From: an uncultured Veillonellaceae bacterium
Lineage (GTDB): Bacteria; Bacillota; Negativicutes; JARBTT01
Direction of reading: 5' to 3'
NCBI GenBank assembly: GCA_963805085.1
Contig: CAWDTA010000005.1
Span: forward strand, 288,001-352,000
Length of the DNA: 64,000 nucleotides
The notes under the pieces were generated by a model, which saw nothing but the letters and a program-made list of their open reading frames with translations, did no database searches and was not told where the DNA came from. Below are positions 30,088 through 40,935 of this stretch, piece after piece. Position numbers and translations under genes: made by a program. Position 1 is the stretch's first letter. Each line of letters begins with the position of its first letter.

Positions 30088-31220
30088 TTGTCAACGAAAT
30101 TTAGAGTATTATAGTATTTCTTGTTATATGAAGTTTAACTGAGGTGTGCTAGGGATAAAACAGTAGAACTGAAAGAATTCTATTCAAATAAGTCGCAAAC
30201 GACTTATTTGCTGGGCTTACCTATTAAAAAATTTGTCTAATACATAAGAAGTGAGGAGCTAAAAAAGGACTTAAAACGAAAATCAGTGTCGATGGAAATG
30301 ATTTTTTAGATTTATTTGTCGGTAGTCTTATTGACAAATAAAACCTAAAGTATTATAGTAATTCTTGTTATATGAAGTTTTACTGGCGTGTGCTAGGGTT
30401 AAAACAGTAGAGCTGAAGGAATAATATATATCGTAGGTTACTTAGATTAGCGATCGTAAATGTAAGAATGTAGCATGAATAGTACTAAGTGGATCCGATG
30501 TTGAGGCCTATTCAAATAAGTCGCAAACGACTTATTTGTTGAGTATATCTATTAAAAAAATTGTCTAATACATAAGGAGGAAGGAGCTAAAAATGAACTT
30601 AAAGCGAGAATCAGTGCCGATGGAAATGATTTTTAGGTGTTGTATTTGTCGGTAGTCTTATTGACAAATAAAATCTAGAATATTATAGTAACGCTCATTA
30701 CTTAATTAATGGTTGTAAATATGAAAATGTAGCAAGGATAGTACAGCAACTGTTATTTAAGTAGATCTTTCGTTAAAACCTATTCAAGTAAGTCGCAAAC
30801 GACTTATTTGCTGGGTATACCTATTAAAAAAATTGCTTAATACATAAGGAGTAAGAAGCTAAAAATGAACTTAAAGCGAGAATCAGTGTCGATGAAAATG
30901 ATTTTTAGGTGTTGTATTTGTCGGTAGTCTTATTGACAAATAAAATCTAGAATATTATAGTAACGCTTATTACTTAATTAATGGTTGTAAATATGAAAAT
31001 GTAGCATGGATAGTACGGACAATGTGTGTGTGGTTTAATTGGCTCTTTTGTTGAAGTCTGTTCAAACAAGTCGCAAGCGACGTATTTAATGAGCGCATTT
31101 ATTTTTAAAAATTTACCTAATACGTAAGGAGTTAATTATTAATGAACTTAAAACGAAAATCGATGTCTATGGGAATAATTTTTTTAGGTGTTCTATTTGC
31201 AGGTGGTCTATTATTAACAT
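30088..31220 (+). repeat. four tandem degenerate ~270-330 bp units (promoter + palindromic operator + RBS + 5' end of the HlyD gene)
   Basis: Palindrome caaataagtcg-caaa-cgacttatttg at 30185, 30513, 30785 and 31063 (last two diverged); TTGACA-N17-TATAGT at 30331, 30661 and 30933. Confidence 0.9.
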
Positions 31221-32254
31221 ACAAAGGAAATGATGCTATAGTGCTTGCCGTAGAAAAAAAAGATGGCATTCTGACAGCAGAACAGGTTAAGGTCGCTTTT
31301 GATTCGGTAGGTGGACGGCTAGTGAATGAGGCGGTTAAGGAATCACAAGAAGTCAAAAAAGGTGACATATTGATGGAACTCGATAGTACTGATATTGATC
31401 TTTCGATTGAAAAAATGAAGACACAGATTGCTCAGATTGATGCACAGATTAAGGCGAAAGGTGGTTCAATTGATATCGGTTATACGAAAGCTGATACAGA
31501 TGAAAAGCAGACACATCGCCAAATTGACCAACAGAAGGCTGCGGTTAGTGCTGCTTTGGCAACGTATCAGAACAAACTACTTGATTATAATCGAAAAGCT
31601 GCTTTAGCAGATTCTGGGGCTGTGGCACAGTCTGAACTTGATTCCGCACAAATGAATCTTGATGTTTCAGCAGCTGATGTCTCACAGCAGCAACACCTGC
31701 TGGAAAAATTATTAGCAGGTGCTAATGATAAGACGAATACGGATAGTATCGCTTTACCAACGATTGCTTTGCAACGTGAGGAGCTTAATAATGAGCAAAA
31801 CAATGTAGAGAATCTTATACAGCAGAAGAAAATGCTTGAGGTCCAACTAAAGGAGCTTTTGGTCAAAAAGGATCGCTTGACGCTACGGGCTCCAGAAGAT
31901 GGGAAGATTCTCAAGGTCATCGCGAAAAAAGGTGAAATGATTTCGGCGAATACGCCGGTGATTCTCATAGAAAGCAAGCGCTATTATTATGATATTTATT
32001 TAAGTGAGCAACAAGCAGCAAATTTGAGTGAAAAGGATACGATTATTGGACATTCAATTGCAGGAAACTTAACTACTACTGGAACGGTACGTTTTATTAC
32101 AGCAGCACCGGGATTTGCGGATCTTAAGATGAGTAGGGAAAAAAGTCAGGCAGATTTGAGTGCTTTTCAAGTGCGTATTTATGTTGAAGCGCAAGATAAA
32201 CTTTTGCCGGGAATGACCATTGAGGTGAAAAAAGATGAATTCACTAAAAGATGA
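31142..32254 (+). CDS. HlyD/EmrA-family periplasmic adaptor
   Basis: N-terminal TM, VKKGDILMELD, coiled coil, LRAPEDG and LLPGMT. Confidence 0.9.
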   Translation: MNLKRKSMSMGIIFLGVLFAGGLLLTYKGNDAIVLAVEKKDGILTAEQVKVAFDSVGGRLVNEAVKESQEVKKGDILMELDSTDIDLSIEKMKTQIAQIDAQIKAKGGSIDIGYTKADTDEKQTHRQIDQQKAAVSAALATYQNKLLDYNRKAALADSGAVAQSELDSAQMNLDVSAADVSQQQHLLEKLLAGANDKTNTDSIALPTIALQREELNNEQNNVENLIQQKKMLEVQLKELLVKKDRLTLRAPEDGKILKVIAKKGEMISANTPVILIESKRYYYDIYLSEQQAANLSEKDTIIGHSIAGNLTTTGTVRFITAAPGFADLKMSREKSQADLSAFQVRIYVEAQDKLLPGMTIEVKKDEFTKR

Positions 32255-33410
32255 GCTACGATATTTCTTCTCGGGTGAGGGAATGCCTTATGGAAAGGTC
32301 TCTCTGATAGTGGTTATAGTCGTCACTTCAATTTTTATGGCGTGTTTTTCTAATAATAATTATATCGAAGAAGGCAATATCGTTGTTGTTGACATTGATA
32401 ATTCTAAGTATAGCCATGAATTTATTGATGAACTGAATGCATCGCAATACATCCATGTGGATAAGGTACTCAACATGCCAGTTAATCCACAGACACTTTT
32501 TTATCAGACGCGTCATCTGGCAGTGGTGTACTTACCGAAGGGGTTTGAGAAGAATCGTTATAATATGTCGGTGAATAATATAGGAGTATTATATGACAAT
32601 ACGAATTTGTCACAATCCAGTAGTATAAAAGAGGCGCTAAATGCAATAGTAGCCACAGAAAATGCAAAAATTGGTTCTGGTCAGATTCAGGCACTGGGGT
32701 TGAGTAGTGAACAGGCAAGTGGTGTGATGAATAATATTTCGCTTAATAAGAGGGATTTATTCAACCCAGTCAGTTCCTATGTTGATACAGTTGTTATAGG
32801 ATTCATGTTCTTCTTTTCTAGTGTGTTTTTCACCTTAGCTGTTATTGGCATCATCCCACGGTTGAGGTTAGAGCATAAATGGGAGATAGAAGTTCTGATG
32901 GGAAGCCCGCTTGCAACAATGCTGCGGCTGGTGCCTTATGTACTCTGTTTTGTGGGGGCGAATGTGGTAGGCATGGTAATGCTTCGTTTGATAGGTGATC
33001 TTAAATTTCAAGGTAGTTTCCTACTTTTTTTACCAGCAGTGTTTATTTTGGCTACATCCCTTGGCATCTTGGCGATGTTCGTAGGTTGGAATGCACCAAA
33101 TCCAGGCATGGCCGGCAGTCGCATGATTTTTTTTGTACCGCCAGGATTTATTCTTAGCGGGATGACGATACCAGTAGATTATTTTCCAAAGTGGGTGCAG
33201 ATTGGATCACATTTTTTCCCATTAGTTTGGTTATATAAATTCACTAAGGATATTATCATGCGAGGAACTTCCTTTTGGGATTGTGCATCGGAATATGGTG
33301 GGTTTTTGATTTATTTAGGTATTTTTGCAGTTGTTTTTAGTCTACGCTTTTTTCGTCAACGACAGAAAATGTTGTTAGTTTTGGATGCAGCAGATAACAA
33401 GAACATATAA
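32235..33410 (+). CDS. ABC-2 type (YbhR/YhhJ-like) permease
   Basis: VVDIDNSKYS, LFNP and FILSGMTIP..FPKW..FFPL motifs; multiple TM segments. Confidence 0.85.
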   Translation: MNSLKDELRYFFSGEGMPYGKVSLIVVIVVTSIFMACFSNNNYIEEGNIVVVDIDNSKYSHEFIDELNASQYIHVDKVLNMPVNPQTLFYQTRHLAVVYLPKGFEKNRYNMSVNNIGVLYDNTNLSQSSSIKEALNAIVATENAKIGSGQIQALGLSSEQASGVMNNISLNKRDLFNPVSSYVDTVVIGFMFFFSSVFFTLAVIGIIPRLRLEHKWEIEVLMGSPLATMLRLVPYVLCFVGANVVGMVMLRLIGDLKFQGSFLLFLPAVFILATSLGILAMFVGWNAPNPGMAGSRMIFFVPPGFILSGMTIPVDYFPKWVQIGSHFFPLVWLYKFTKDIIMRGTSFWDCASEYGGFLIYLGIFAVVFSLRFFRQRQKMLLVLDAADNKNI

Positions 33411-33427
33411 TAGGGGAGAGATGATGG

Positions 33428-33856
33428 ATGAAACTTGACACAATATTGGTTCCAGTGGATGGCTCCGAACAAAGTTGGCGGGCATTGGAACAGGCCGTCT
33501 ATTTTGCGAGTATTTGCAATGCACATATCGATATCCTTTATGTTTTGGACCTCAGCGTCAATATTACAGATCTGGATCGTGTGAGTACATGTGGATATAT
33601 TCCTGTGGAAATAAAAGAAGAAGCTTATTCATTGCTAAAAAAAGCAGCGGCGAAGGTGGTGCCAGGGGTGGAAGTTTGTACGTTTTTGAATATTGGTTCT
33701 CCGGCCTCGACGATTATCGACTTTTGTGCGGCTAGATCATATGATCTCATCATCATGGGAAATCGTGGGCTAGGAAAAATTCAGCAAATCCTCATCGGCA
33801 GTGTAAGCCGTTATGTGCTTTATCATGCGGACTGTCCTGTGCTTGTTGTGAGGTAG
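33428..33856 (+). CDS. universal stress protein (USP)
   Basis: ILVPVDGSE..RAL, DLIIMGNRG...GSVS and CPVLVV. Confidence 0.92.
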   Translation: MKLDTILVPVDGSEQSWRALEQAVYFASICNAHIDILYVLDLSVNITDLDRVSTCGYIPVEIKEEAYSLLKKAAAKVVPGVEVCTFLNIGSPASTIIDFCAARSYDLIIMGNRGLGKIQQILIGSVSRYVLYHADCPVLVVR

Positions 33857-33877
33857 AAAAAGAACAGGAGCTATTTT

Positions 33878-35185
33878 ATGTTAACGAAAAAATTAGTTGT
33901 GAGTATATTATTGAACGGGATATTAGTGGGAATGCTTTTGCCACCGAAATTTGTTGAAGCGGAAAAACTTACTCTGGAGGAAAGCATTACTTTAGCTTTT
34001 GCAAACAACGAACAGATTAAGGCTACAGCAAGCAGTGAAAAGGCTGCAATCTGGGATTGGAAGAAAGCGAAAGGAGAACAGGGGCTCAATATAGGATTTT
34101 CTCATACATCGGCTAAAATTGGTGGAGAATACTGGAAGATTTATAATGTTAAGGATGATCCATCTGATTATTTTATCAATGAATTTTCGGCTTCATTGCC
34201 ATTGTATACAGGGGGGGGGCTGGAAAATAAAGTTAAAAAAACGGGGGTTGAAGTAGAAATTAGTGACCTCCAATTGGAAGCGGTTAAGCAGGATATTAAA
34301 TATCAAACAATCAAGGCCTATTATGATATTCTGGACTGTAAAAATATCCAGAAAGTCAGGGAAGAAGCCGTTAGTGAACTGGAAGAACATCTAAAAAATG
34401 TTCAGGATCAATTTTACGTCGGAGCGGTTGCACGTGTTGACGTATTGCGTTCTGAGGTAGAGTTGGCCAATGCAAAACAAAATCTTGTAACGGCACAGAA
34501 TAACTTACGCATTGCGCAGTCAATATTCAATAAGGTGGTTGGGTTGGACATAATGCAGAAAACCGAAACTGCCGATGAGCTAGGATATGAGCCAAAACAT
34601 TATGATTTGGCTCAATGTGTAGAGTACGCCTTGCAGCATCAGCCGAATGCTCTTATTGCTGAAAAAAGTGTTTCTTTGGCTACCACGGAGCAAAAGATTG
34701 CAGCTGCAAGTTACAAGCCAGAAATTGCAGCTATAGCGACTTATGCGACATATGATACCAAAATAAGTGAATTCAATACCAAAGAATGGTTAGTTGGGGT
34801 CAATGCAAAGTTCAATATATTCGATAACCAGGTTACGCATGACAAGGTTAAAGCTGCCGACGCAAATATTGAGGTAGCGAAGCATCAGAAAAATGATACA
34901 AATTCGGGAGTCGAACTTGCTGTTCAGCAGGCCTATCTTAACATGACACGTGCTGAGAGTAATATAGAGACGAATCGAGTCGCAGTGGAAAAGGCAAAAG
35001 AAGATTTCAAGTTGGCGAGTTTGCGTTATAAAGTCGACCTTGCTAACAACGTGGAGGTCATGGATGCGCAGGTAGCGCTTACGACTGCGAAAACGGCTTA
35101 TGAGCAATCATTATATGATTATAATCTCAGTAAGGCCGAATTAGAAAAAGCTATGGGAGTGAAAGATGAACGTGTAACTGGATAA
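33878..35185 (+). CDS. TolC-family outer membrane channel
   Basis: Signal peptide, LTLEESI, LPLYTGG and duplicated OEP repeats. Confidence 0.9.
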   Translation: MLTKKLVVSILLNGILVGMLLPPKFVEAEKLTLEESITLAFANNEQIKATASSEKAAIWDWKKAKGEQGLNIGFSHTSAKIGGEYWKIYNVKDDPSDYFINEFSASLPLYTGGGLENKVKKTGVEVEISDLQLEAVKQDIKYQTIKAYYDILDCKNIQKVREEAVSELEEHLKNVQDQFYVGAVARVDVLRSEVELANAKQNLVTAQNNLRIAQSIFNKVVGLDIMQKTETADELGYEPKHYDLAQCVEYALQHQPNALIAEKSVSLATTEQKIAAASYKPEIAAIATYATYDTKISEFNTKEWLVGVNAKFNIFDNQVTHDKVKAADANIEVAKHQKNDTNSGVELAVQQAYLNMTRAESNIETNRVAVEKAKEDFKLASLRYKVDLANNVEVMDAQVALTTAKTAYEQSLYDYNLSKAELEKAMGVKDERVTG

Positions 35186-35199
35186 GTTAAGTAAGATAA

Positions 35200-35370
35200 A
35201 TGAATATGATGAGTATGTTGAAAGTGCATTTCCTAGTCATGGAAATGCACTTTTTAATTCTACATATGGAATAAAAAAACTACAAGGACAAGTAGATGAA
35301 CTAAATATGGAGAATGAACTATTAAAAAAATTCTAGGTCTTCTTGAAGCAAAAGAAAGTGTAAGATTTGC
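35200..35370 (+). mobile_element. IS3-family OrfA remnant
   Basis: Translates NEYDEY.ESAFP.HGNA...ELNMENELLKKF, with an in-frame stop. Confidence 0.55.
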
Positions 35371-35444
35371 CGACATCTTACATTTTACAAACTGGAAATT
35401 AAAGTTAAAATTGAATGCCATTGACAAAAAAGACATCCATATAT

Positions 35445-35470
35445 TATAATTTGATTGTGGTCAAATTATA
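35445..35470. promoter_or_regulatory. TetR operator overlapping the tetR -10
   Basis: tataatttga-ttgtgg-tcaaattata palindrome; related to 36173-36198. Confidence 0.65.
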
Positions 35471-35490
35471 ATATATGGATGTGACTTAGT

Positions 35491-36108
35491 ATGGCAAGAA
35501 CACCACAAGCCCCTGAAATTCGAATCAATGAAATTTTAGATGTTGCACAAAAATGCTTTATTAATAAGGGCTATCGTAAAACTACAATAAGTGGTATTGC
35601 TAAAGAAATGGGTGTAGCAAAAGGTATGCTTTATTATTATTTTAAATCGAAGGAGGAATTGTTAGAAGTATTGCTGAATCGTCATTCAGATTTGTTTTTA
35701 AGCGAAATAAAACAGATGGCTGATTCAGAGAGTATTATGCCGTCTGAGAAAATTGGACGAATGTTTGAGCAAGTAATTCATGGTGTTTTTTATAAAGATG
35801 GTGAACTTTTAAGTATCCTTTATGATGAGAAAAACTTATATATTAAGGAAAAAGTAGCTTCTTATTGTGGAGATTCATTTATGAATATAGGGAAAAAAGT
35901 TATTGTGGAGGGAAAGGAAAAAAAAGAGTTCTTTGTTGAACAGGAAGAAGCTGTACTTGAGTTTCTTATATTGATTTTAAGCTTTCTTATTGAAATATTT
36001 TATAAACAATTACCTAGTGACATTTTGCAAGTACGAGTGAAAATGGCAGAAAATATGATTGAAAAGTTATTGAATAGCAAGACAGGATCAATTCATTTGA
36101 ATCTATAA
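35491..36108 (+). CDS. TetR/AcrR-family regulator
   Basis: GYRKTTISGIAKEMGVAKGMLYYYFKSKEEL. Confidence 0.92.
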   Translation: MARTPQAPEIRINEILDVAQKCFINKGYRKTTISGIAKEMGVAKGMLYYYFKSKEELLEVLLNRHSDLFLSEIKQMADSESIMPSEKIGRMFEQVIHGVFYKDGELLSILYDEKNLYIKEKVASYCGDSFMNIGKKVIVEGKEKKEFFVEQEEAVLEFLILILSFLIEIFYKQLPSDILQVRVKMAENMIEKLLNSKTGSIHLNL

Positions 36109-36172
36109 AATAAAAATATACGAGAGAAGCCGTAATTCTAAAAAGTTATTTAGATTTGCGGTTTTTTAGGCA

Positions 36173-36198
36173 AATTAATTGACCGTGGTCAATTAATT
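36173..36198. promoter_or_regulatory. TetR operator upstream of the RND operon
   Basis: Perfect palindrome aattaattgacc-gt-ggtcaattaatt. Confidence 0.7.
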
Positions 36199-36272
36199 TA
36201 TTAGGGCCATTTATAAAAAATTTATTGAAATATTGTGTCAAAATATATAACTATAGGAAGTGGTAAACGAAG

Positions 36273-37376
36273 ATGTTGAATACTTTAAAAAAGAGTAGAA
36301 AAACAGCTGTTTTGTTAGGTATTGTAATTATAGTCTTTGTGGTAATATTTTTGTTGCGTGGAAAAGATGAAGTACCTGTAGCCAAGGAAGAAATTACTAT
36401 GGTACATACGATGAAAATTGCCGCAAATGCCATCGCACAAAATTACACATATTCTGGGGAAGTGAGAGGCCGTTATGAGAGCAAGCTGGCATTTCAGGTA
36501 AAGGGAAAAATTGTTTGTAGAAATGTACAGCTAGGAAGTTCGGTCACTACAGGTGATGTGCTTATGCAGATTGATGCTAAGGATATCGTGCAAACAGTAA
36601 ATACTAATTCTGCATCAGTTGATTCGGCAAAATCGGAGTTGGAACTTGCGCAGAGTGATTTAAGCCGTTATCAGGAATTAGTTAATGGAGGGGTTATCAG
36701 TCAGGCAACATATGATAAATATGTCAATGCCTATAATGTAAGTGCGGCAAGAGTACGACAGACACAGGCGCAATACACGCAGAGTGTTAATGAGATGGAC
36801 TATAGCTTGCTGAAATCTGATAAATCAGGTGTCATATCGAGTATTTCCGCCGAAATCGGACAAGTGGTAAGTCCGGGACAGGTTGTTGTCACTTTAGTAC
36901 AAGATGGTGAACGTGAAATAGAAATTAATGTGCCGGAAAATCGTATTGAAGATTTAAGGCAGGCACAGGATATTAAAGTGAATTTTTGGGCTTTAGGCAA
37001 TGAAAGCGTAAGTGGTTTTGTCAGAGAAATTGCACCGATGGCAGATCCAAGCACACGGACCTTTAAAGTGCGTATTAGTATTCCAAATCCACCAACTGAT
37101 ATGAAACTTGGTATGACAGCAACCGTAAGTATACCGCGAAGCAGTGGTAATTTGATGAAAATTCCTATTGATGCAATTTATCAAAATAGCGAAACTCCGG
37201 CAGTTTGGAAGATTAAAGATGATGAACTTTCCTTGTGCCCGATTCAGGTTGGCAATTATGGATCTGATACAGTTGAAGTTTTATCTGGTTTGCAAGAAGG
37301 TGACTGTATTGTAACAAAAGGCGTTCATATGTTAACAGAAGGGCAAAAAGTAAAATCCGGTGGTGACTCGTTATGA
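36273..37376 (+). CDS. RND efflux periplasmic adaptor (AcrA-like)
   Basis: LAFQVKGKI, AEIGQVVSPGQ, ADPSTRTF and GLQEGD. Confidence 0.92.
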   Translation: MLNTLKKSRKTAVLLGIVIIVFVVIFLLRGKDEVPVAKEEITMVHTMKIAANAIAQNYTYSGEVRGRYESKLAFQVKGKIVCRNVQLGSSVTTGDVLMQIDAKDIVQTVNTNSASVDSAKSELELAQSDLSRYQELVNGGVISQATYDKYVNAYNVSAARVRQTQAQYTQSVNEMDYSLLKSDKSGVISSISAEIGQVVSPGQVVVTLVQDGEREIEINVPENRIEDLRQAQDIKVNFWALGNESVSGFVREIAPMADPSTRTFKVRISIPNPPTDMKLGMTATVSIPRSSGNLMKIPIDAIYQNSETPAVWKIKDDELSLCPIQVGNYGSDTVEVLSGLQEGDCIVTKGVHMLTEGQKVKSGGDSL

Positions 37377-40300
37377 AAAAAAGTTTCAATTTAACGGAGT
37401 GGGCTCTAAACCATAAACAATATATTTACTTCTTTGTAGTGCTGCTATTTGCCGTGGGGATATTTTCGTATAAAAGTCTTGGCCGGTTGGAAGATCCTGA
37501 TTTTACAATCAAACAGATGGTCATCAGTGTACCATGGCCAGGTGCAACTGCTGGTGAAGTACAAGAACAGGTAACAGATAAAATTGAAAAGAAATTACAG
37601 GATCTTCCTGGATTGGATTATTTGAAAAGTTATTCTATGCCAGGGCAGACTGTAATTTATGTAAATGTAAAAGATACCATTCAAAAAGAACAAATACGTA
37701 ATCGGTGGCTGGAAGCTCGTAATATGGTTAATGATATGAAGGGAACTTTGCCGGAAGGAACGCTGGAACCAATATTCAATGATCGTTTTGATGAAGTTTA
37801 CGGTGTTATTTATACATTGACTGGTAATGATTATAGTTATGAAGAAAAACGTGAAAAAGCAGAAAAAATTCGGCGCATGCTGCTGGATACGCCCAGTGTT
37901 CGTAAAGTTAAGCTTATCGGTGTTCAGACTGAAAAAATTTATATTGAAATTGAAAACAGCAAACTTGCCCAACTCGCAATTGATCCGAATCTGATTACGC
38001 AGACATTGCAAGCGCAGAATTCAATGATTCCAGCAGGCATGCTAGAAACACATTCGGATGATTTATACCTTAGAGTTACAGGGATGTTCGAGGATACAGA
38101 AGACATTAGTAATACGCCTATTTCAGCGAATGGTAGAACTTTTCGTTTGAGTGATATTGCAAAAATAACACGCAGTTATGCAGAACCACAGGATCCGAAA
38201 ATGTTTTATAATGGTGAGCCGACAATTGGTATTGCTCTTGCGATGGAGTCTGGTGGAAACATTTTGACACTGGGGGATAATTTAGATAAAACTGTTGCCC
38301 AGATAAAAAAGAAACTACCGTCTGGCTTAATGCTAAATCAGACGGTTAATCAACCCAAGGTTGTAGACGTGTCTATTAATGAATTTATTCATTCGTTGGC
38401 TGAAGCCGTTATTATTGTTTTAATTGTTAGTTTTGCGAGCTTGGGAGTACGTTCGGGAATCATCGTTGCACTGTGCATTCCCTTGGTTATTGCCGCGGTA
38501 TTTGGGTTTATGTATTTAGACGGAATATCTCTGCAGAATATTTCGCTGGGGTCTCTAATTATTGCACTGGGGCTGCTCGTAGATGATGCGATTATTACAA
38601 TTGAGATGATATCAGTAAAACTTGAGCAAGGTTGGACACGGTTTAATGCAACGTGTTTTGCTTATACGTCCACGGCTTATCCAAGATTGTGTGGCGCGAT
38701 GGTTACTTGTGCAGGGTTTATTCCAGTTGGTTTTTCGCCTGGCAGTGCAGCAGAAGCCGTAGGATCAATTTTTCAGGTTATAACGGCATCATTAGTTATT
38801 TCATGGATTGTCGCCGGTACAGTAACACCACTATTGGGATATCAATTTATTAAGGTAAAGCCCATTGAAAGTAAAGATGGTGAAACTGAAAAATCGATAT
38901 ATGATAGCAAGTTTTATCATAAATTCAAACAAATATTAATTTTCTTTTTAACGCATCGAAAAAAGGTACTTATTGTAACACTCATTTGTTTTTTAGGCTC
39001 ATGCGCGCTTATGGGAAATATAAAAAAAGAATTCTTTGGTGCAACAAAGCGGCCGGAACTTATCGTGCAGCTGCAACTACAAGAAGGCGCTTCTTTAAAA
39101 AATATCGAAGCGGGAGCAAATCAATTTGCTCAGATGATCGATGGGGATGAGGATATTGCTTATTACACGTATCATGTTGGTGAAGGTGCGCCGCGTTTTG
39201 TATTGGCTTATGAGCCGATATTTAATAAAACAAATTTTTCCGAATTTGTTATTGTTGCTAAAGACAGGGAAGCCCGAGATAGACTGGATACAAAAATAAA
39301 AGAGAATGCAGAGAATCATCTACCAGGGGTACGGATTCATACAAAACTTCTCAGCAATGGACCGCCGGCTGAGTATCCGGTTATGCTCCGGGTCAGAGGT
39401 TATGATGTTGAGGAGGTACGGGAAATTGCTAAAAATGTACAGAGCGTCATGATGAAAAATCAAGGAATATCTAAGACAGCACTTAACTGGGATGAAAAAT
39501 CAAAGGTGATTCATCTGTCGATTGATCAGGATAAAGCTAGGGCTTTGGGGATTACAAGTCAGGCTATAAAAGGTGCTTTACAGACGAATGTTTCGGGTAC
39601 ATCTATTGCTGAATTCAGAGAAACAGATAAGACGGTCAAGATGCTTCTGCGTTGTGAAAATCCGGAACGAAACGATCCATCAAACCTTAAAAATTTGAAT
39701 ATCCGTACAGCAAATGGTATGTATGTTCCGCTCGATCAGATTGCTAAAATAAGTTATGAAGCGGAAGAGGGACTTATCTATCGCTATGATCTCAAACCGA
39801 TGATTATAGTACAGGGAGAAGTGAAACCAGGGGTAACGGGAAATGATGTCACACAAGCTGTATATGATGAGTTAAAAGATGCTCGCGATAATCTGCCGTT
39901 TGGGTACAGTATTGAATTTGATGGTGCAATGGAAAATAGTATTAAGGCATCTAAATATCTTGCTGAACCTATACCAGCTATGATTATTATAATTATGCTT
40001 ATTTTAATGACGCAATTGCAAAGTATTCCCAAGATGATATTAACGCTTTTGACTGCACCATTAGGGCTTATTGGGGTATCGATAGGATTATTTTTTACAG
40101 GAAGACCAATGGGGTTTGTCGTTCAATTGGGAATTTTAGCTTTAGCAGGAATTATCATGCGCAATTCGGTAATTCTTATTGACCAGATTGATCAATTGCT
40201 TAATGAAGGACAAACACTCTGGGATTCGATTATTAATGCTACAATTATGCGATTCAGACCAATCTTACTTACAGCAACAGCAGCCATTTTGGCTATGATT

Positions 40301-40465
40301 CCATTGGTTTCAAGCGTTATGTGGGGAGCGATGGCTGTTGCTATTGCATTCGGCTTGGCCGGAGCTACTATATTGACCTTATTGGTACTGCCGGTTATGT
40401 ATGCAGCATGGTATAAAGCGGAACCAAGTAAAGAAGGTCAGCAAACTAAAGCAAGTTGGAGATGA
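37373..40465 (+). CDS. RND efflux permease (AcrB/AcrD/AcrF family)
   Basis: 1030 aa; GRLEDP, WPGA, GLLVDDAI and RFRPILLT. Confidence 0.95.
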   Translation: MKKSFNLTEWALNHKQYIYFFVVLLFAVGIFSYKSLGRLEDPDFTIKQMVISVPWPGATAGEVQEQVTDKIEKKLQDLPGLDYLKSYSMPGQTVIYVNVKDTIQKEQIRNRWLEARNMVNDMKGTLPEGTLEPIFNDRFDEVYGVIYTLTGNDYSYEEKREKAEKIRRMLLDTPSVRKVKLIGVQTEKIYIEIENSKLAQLAIDPNLITQTLQAQNSMIPAGMLETHSDDLYLRVTGMFEDTEDISNTPISANGRTFRLSDIAKITRSYAEPQDPKMFYNGEPTIGIALAMESGGNILTLGDNLDKTVAQIKKKLPSGLMLNQTVNQPKVVDVSINEFIHSLAEAVIIVLIVSFASLGVRSGIIVALCIPLVIAAVFGFMYLDGISLQNISLGSLIIALGLLVDDAIITIEMISVKLEQGWTRFNATCFAYTSTAYPRLCGAMVTCAGFIPVGFSPGSAAEAVGSIFQVITASLVISWIVAGTVTPLLGYQFIKVKPIESKDGETEKSIYDSKFYHKFKQILIFFLTHRKKVLIVTLICFLGSCALMGNIKKEFFGATKRPELIVQLQLQEGASLKNIEAGANQFAQMIDGDEDIAYYTYHVGEGAPRFVLAYEPIFNKTNFSEFVIVAKDREARDRLDTKIKENAENHLPGVRIHTKLLSNGPPAEYPVMLRVRGYDVEEVREIAKNVQSVMMKNQGISKTALNWDEKSKVIHLSIDQDKARALGITSQAIKGALQTNVSGTSIAEFRETDKTVKMLLRCENPERNDPSNLKNLNIRTANGMYVPLDQIAKISYEAEEGLIYRYDLKPMIIVQGEVKPGVTGNDVTQAVYDELKDARDNLPFGYSIEFDGAMENSIKASKYLAEPIPAMIIIIMLILMTQLQSIPKMILTLLTAPLGLIGVSIGLFFTGRPMGFVVQLGILALAGIIMRNSVILIDQIDQLLNEGQTLWDSIINATIMRFRPILLTATAAILAMIPLVSSVMWGAMAVAIAFGLAGATILTLLVLPVMYAAWYKAEPSKEGQQTKASWR

Positions 40466-40915
40466 TAAATATGGACCAACCGGCTACAAATTCTTGCAGA
40501 CAGTATAAACAAATATTAGTTCCGATAGACGGTTCAGAAAATTCCTGTCGGGCTATAGCCGCTGCTGTTGATATAGGCAGAATTATCTCAGGCGACAATC
40601 AGTATTTTATATATCCTGACCTTTTCACAGCAAACTTCGTTGCAAAAATAAATTTATGGAGATAAAGTACCGAATGAAGTGTTTTCTAATCCGGTGGCAT
40701 ATGCATAAAAGATGCAGAAAAATTAATTCCTAAGCATATTCGTAGACGTACGTATTATGAGATTGGTGAACGCTATTACAGATTTTGTCCAGCGTAATCA
40801 ATATGATGTTATTCTCATTGGGAGTAGAGAATTAAATTTTCTTTCTGGAATATGGCAGGAAAGTGTAAGTAAATATATTACAGCGAATGCACAGTGTTCG
40901 GTTTTAATTATAAAA
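40462..40915 (+). pseudogene. frameshifted universal stress protein
   Basis: YKQILVPIDGSENSCRA; later frames give YDVILIGSRE...SVSKYI...CSVLIIK, interrupted by stops. Confidence 0.7.
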
Positions 40916-40935
40916 TAGAAGGGGTATTAAAAGAA

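Noticed and set aside
30088-31220. Possible CRISPR array (recurring 26-bp palindrome)
   Set aside because: Period is 270-330 bp, the 'spacers' are homologous to each other, and there are no cas genes.
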